Of a stretch of 64,000 nucleotides of DNA, positions 60,907 to 64,000 are shown piece by piece. The DNA lies in the NCBI GenBank assembly GCA_035221665.1, contig CM069133.1, positions 109,678,001-109,742,000 on the forward strand, in the 5' to 3' direction. The first letter of the stretch is position 1; the number at the start of each line of letters is the position of its first letter. Origin of the DNA: Okamejei kenojei. Lineage: Eukaryota. The notes beneath the pieces were generated by a model that was given only the letters and a program-made list of their open reading frames with translations, did not search any database and was not told where the DNA came from. The translations under genes and the position numbers were made by a program.

Positions 60907-63730
60907 TTGGAATTTGTAATGTACAGATGGCCAAAGATGGGAAAACAGTTACTTTGTGTAGTTTGATCCTCGAAGCTGCAGGCTATGAATACAGGCGATC
61001 CTGAATTGTGAAAACAGTTTACTGGAACTGTTAATCTATTGTATTGTTAAATATTGCTTCTCTATAATATTTAAAGGATGTACACATATGTATTATACAA
61101 ATGTACAATGTAAAATAGTATAATTTTAGGAGTTGTAAAACTCCTGTGAATGGATTGGGAACAATTTTGTGTGACCCATATGGTATGTACATTGATCTGT
61201 TTATCTGTGCCACATTTAAGCTTAATTTAGTCATAAATGTCAGCATATGTTGCTGCTGCTTGAAATATTGTATAATTGTATAATTATTCTATGCAAATAT
61301 TGTTCAAGTGATAGGATTTTTGTAAAGGTACACATTTTGTTAAAATATTTTAATTTTGTATATCACAGATCTGTGGTAGTATGAAATGTCACTGTTAACT
61401 TTCAAACACGCTATGCGTGATTTTTAAAATGACCAGATATGAAGAAAAGCACGTTAATCTTTATGATCTTAATAGTTGTTTGACTCCTTGCAGTGTATTA
61501 TATGTCCATGTTGTTTTAATTTAACCCTTAGTGTGTGTGTCTGTATGTGTGTATATTTATTGACACCCTGAGATTCTTTGAATGATAAACTGTATCTGCA
61601 ATTTCTAACTGTCAGGCCTAACAAAGACAGTTTTAATTTTTTTTAATTTATTATCAATCTATGTTTTGTTTGCAAAAATCCACCAGTAAGCTCATACACT
61701 GTTCTCTTTAGCAAAGATTTGTACATTTGTAAAAATACATCCAGCCAAGTAAACTTGTGAAAGGAGATTCAACTCCAATCGCATCTTTATTTGTAAATAT
61801 GTAGGTAGGCATGCAGGAACTGTCCCTTCAAAACACTGGTTTATATTAATGTTAAACTCATCTACTATTATACAGGTTTGGCATCATTGTACTCAAACTA
61901 TGTGGGCAGGCAAGGTCATAATTCTCCAATTGCAGCTTCATGTAAATTTTTATTTACACAAACAATGTGTCCTATGGAAAAATTACAAGGCATTCCTACT
62001 TTATAATACCAATGGCATTTCAAAGGTATTCTTTGGCTGTAGAGTTTAGAGGGATCCTTGGGTCATGATCAGCATTTTTTTTCATTGGATGCTTCATTCC
62101 AATACCAACTTGATAACAGAGCTTGAAGCACTAATGTCAATGACTATCCAGATGCTATATTTTGGCTTTTTGGTAGTGAAAGACCATAGATAGCATAAAA
62201 TTGGCTTTCTAATATTTGTAACATGCATCCACATAAAATTAACCTGTTCATAAATGTAATGCATTTATTAATCCATTAACAATAAACAGAGGGATTCCAT
62301 ACAATTACAAGAATGTTCAATACAAAATTCAGATGTTCAATATTGGAAAAACTGGACGTAATTTGTGCCAATAGAATGTAATAGATTTTGGATTTAGCAT
62401 TTCTACATCTCCCCAGCATAGATAAATGGAAAGGAAGATCAGCATAGGTCAATTATGAACGGCCAATCTGAGTACTAATGCCAGAGGTTGGATTGATTTT
62501 GTGCATTTTCAATGGTGCCACTTTGATTGAAGTAGCAGATGATGCCAAATTGTGTTTCAGGTAAACTGGGTTTTGTCTTTTATTTTAAGTGTTAAAATAA
62601 GCTACTGCCATTAGCACACTAAGGGTTAACCTTAACTGCCTTTTTTATATATTAACAAAATCTCTGGCATAGAAATGTGTGTGACATTCAACAACAGACT
62701 TCAATATGGCACTTGCAGTGACCCATTATCATCCAGAATTCACAAAAAAATTGCTTGGTGTTAATTGGAACTAACTTCAGTTTTCATAGTGTAAATTGTG
62801 TTAAAAGTTCAGAATGACTTCCCACTGCTTTTGCCTTGGTGTGTCAATACTCACCAATCCATCTCCCCTCTCCCCCACCCCATCCCCCACTTGTTTAACG
62901 AAACACAATCTATTAAAAGCAGATATGTTTGTGTACCTTTTCCACTCCCTCCACTGTCTGCTGCTTCTGCACAATGTAGACATTTTCTCCTATAGTCTCA
63001 CAGGCAAAGGGAGAATTTCTCAATGGCTGGCAACTATGGTTTTTAAGAAAAAATGTATTTTTGTGATATTTATATTTTTGTATCATAAGATTGTTTCTGA
63101 CAGAATTTGTATGCCAGTTTATAACAAATGCAGGGATTTCTTTTGTCTGTTTGAAACGCTATTACGGTAATGTTTTTGTAATGGATTTTTAATCTGTATA
63201 AAGTGCTTACTAATGTTAATACTAAATAGGAAAGATATATAACAGTTACAGTAAGAAAGTAGATTTTAGTATGAGGATGCAAAAGGAAAAATATTCAAAC
63301 TGGGTCTCATCACCTGCCAGCGTTGGGAGGGGTGAGTTTGTGTCATTTCAGTTACAAAGATAAATGTATGCCATATAATTTATTTATATGAAAATTTATT
63401 TTTGTAGTGTACATAGTAGTCATCAAGTCTTTTGACAGAAGTATATTTTTAAAGAGTTTATATGTAATGATACAATTGTGTTGGATCATAAGAGACAGTT
63501 TCAGTGCATACTTTCATTGTAACTTACAATTGGAGATGTTTTACAGTGTTAAAAAGAAAGCAACTATTCGAAATGTTACATAATTTGGTTTCAACTTCCA
63601 TGGAATACGTGCCTTGTGTATTTTATCTATTTTGCATCATGGGAAATGGATATTGTGCAAGCTTCCTAAATATTAATGTTCAAACACTGATAGAATTTCT
63701 AACAAATAAAAATAATATAACTTTTAGTTT
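60907..63730 (+). other. ptch1: probable non-coding terminal exon (exon 24, 3' UTR) of ptch1
   Basis: GT donor directly after the stop (TAG|gtaaat). CTAAT branch-like motif, pyrimidine tract and CAG ending at 60906. Downstream sequence resembles the human PTCH1 3' UTR as recalled. The 3' end is estimated. Confidence 0.7.
63705..63710 (+). terminator. candidate polyadenylation signal AATAAA
   Basis: AATAAA followed ~15-50 nt later by a GT/T-rich tract (tttagtttggtgttcttg). An alternative AATAAA lies at 62281. Confidence 0.5.
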
Positions 63731-64000
63731 GGTGTTCTTGATACTTGGTTTCTGTTTTAAATGTTTTGAATTTACAGTCACATAGTGCATATAGTCGGGG
63801 GAATTTGGGTTCATAAACTGCATGCAACCAAATATAGGTCATGCACTCAACCCAACTGTTATGTCCTCTGAGAATTTATTTAGGTTGGGTTTGGCAAGCG
63901 ACAAAAAGAGTGCCTAGTTGTGGTCTTCAGTTGTAAAAGAATGATCAGCAAAATGCCAGAGATTACCAGGATACCCATTTTCCTGAAAAGGGGTTGATTT

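Overview
Eukaryotic (vertebrate) genomic DNA, most likely from a cartilaginous fish (skate/ray-type repeats; inference). The window lies almost entirely inside the Hedgehog receptor gene patched 1 (ptch1, + strand). It starts in intron 2 and contains coding exons 3-23 (10706-60642). All have GT-AG boundaries, splice into one open frame, and mostly match human PTCH1 exon sizes as I recall them. A probable intron follows immediately after the stop codon, then a ~2.8 kb 3' UTR exon. The introns contain CR1 and RTE LINEs, V-SINEs, Harbinger-type MITEs, four non-autonomous Helitrons and a Passport-like Tc1 element with an open transposase ORF. They also hold about a dozen Penelope-like fragments with minimal hammerhead ribozyme cores (CUGAAGA-stem II-GAAA-YGUC), some as hairpin units flanked by target-site duplications. 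Other points of interest are a near-identical inverted CR1 pair flanking exons 16-18, a 90-bp HSP70 fragment embedded in an RTE relic, and intronic GLI motifs. There is one 152-N assembly gap. No database search was run; comparisons to known genes and elements are from memory.
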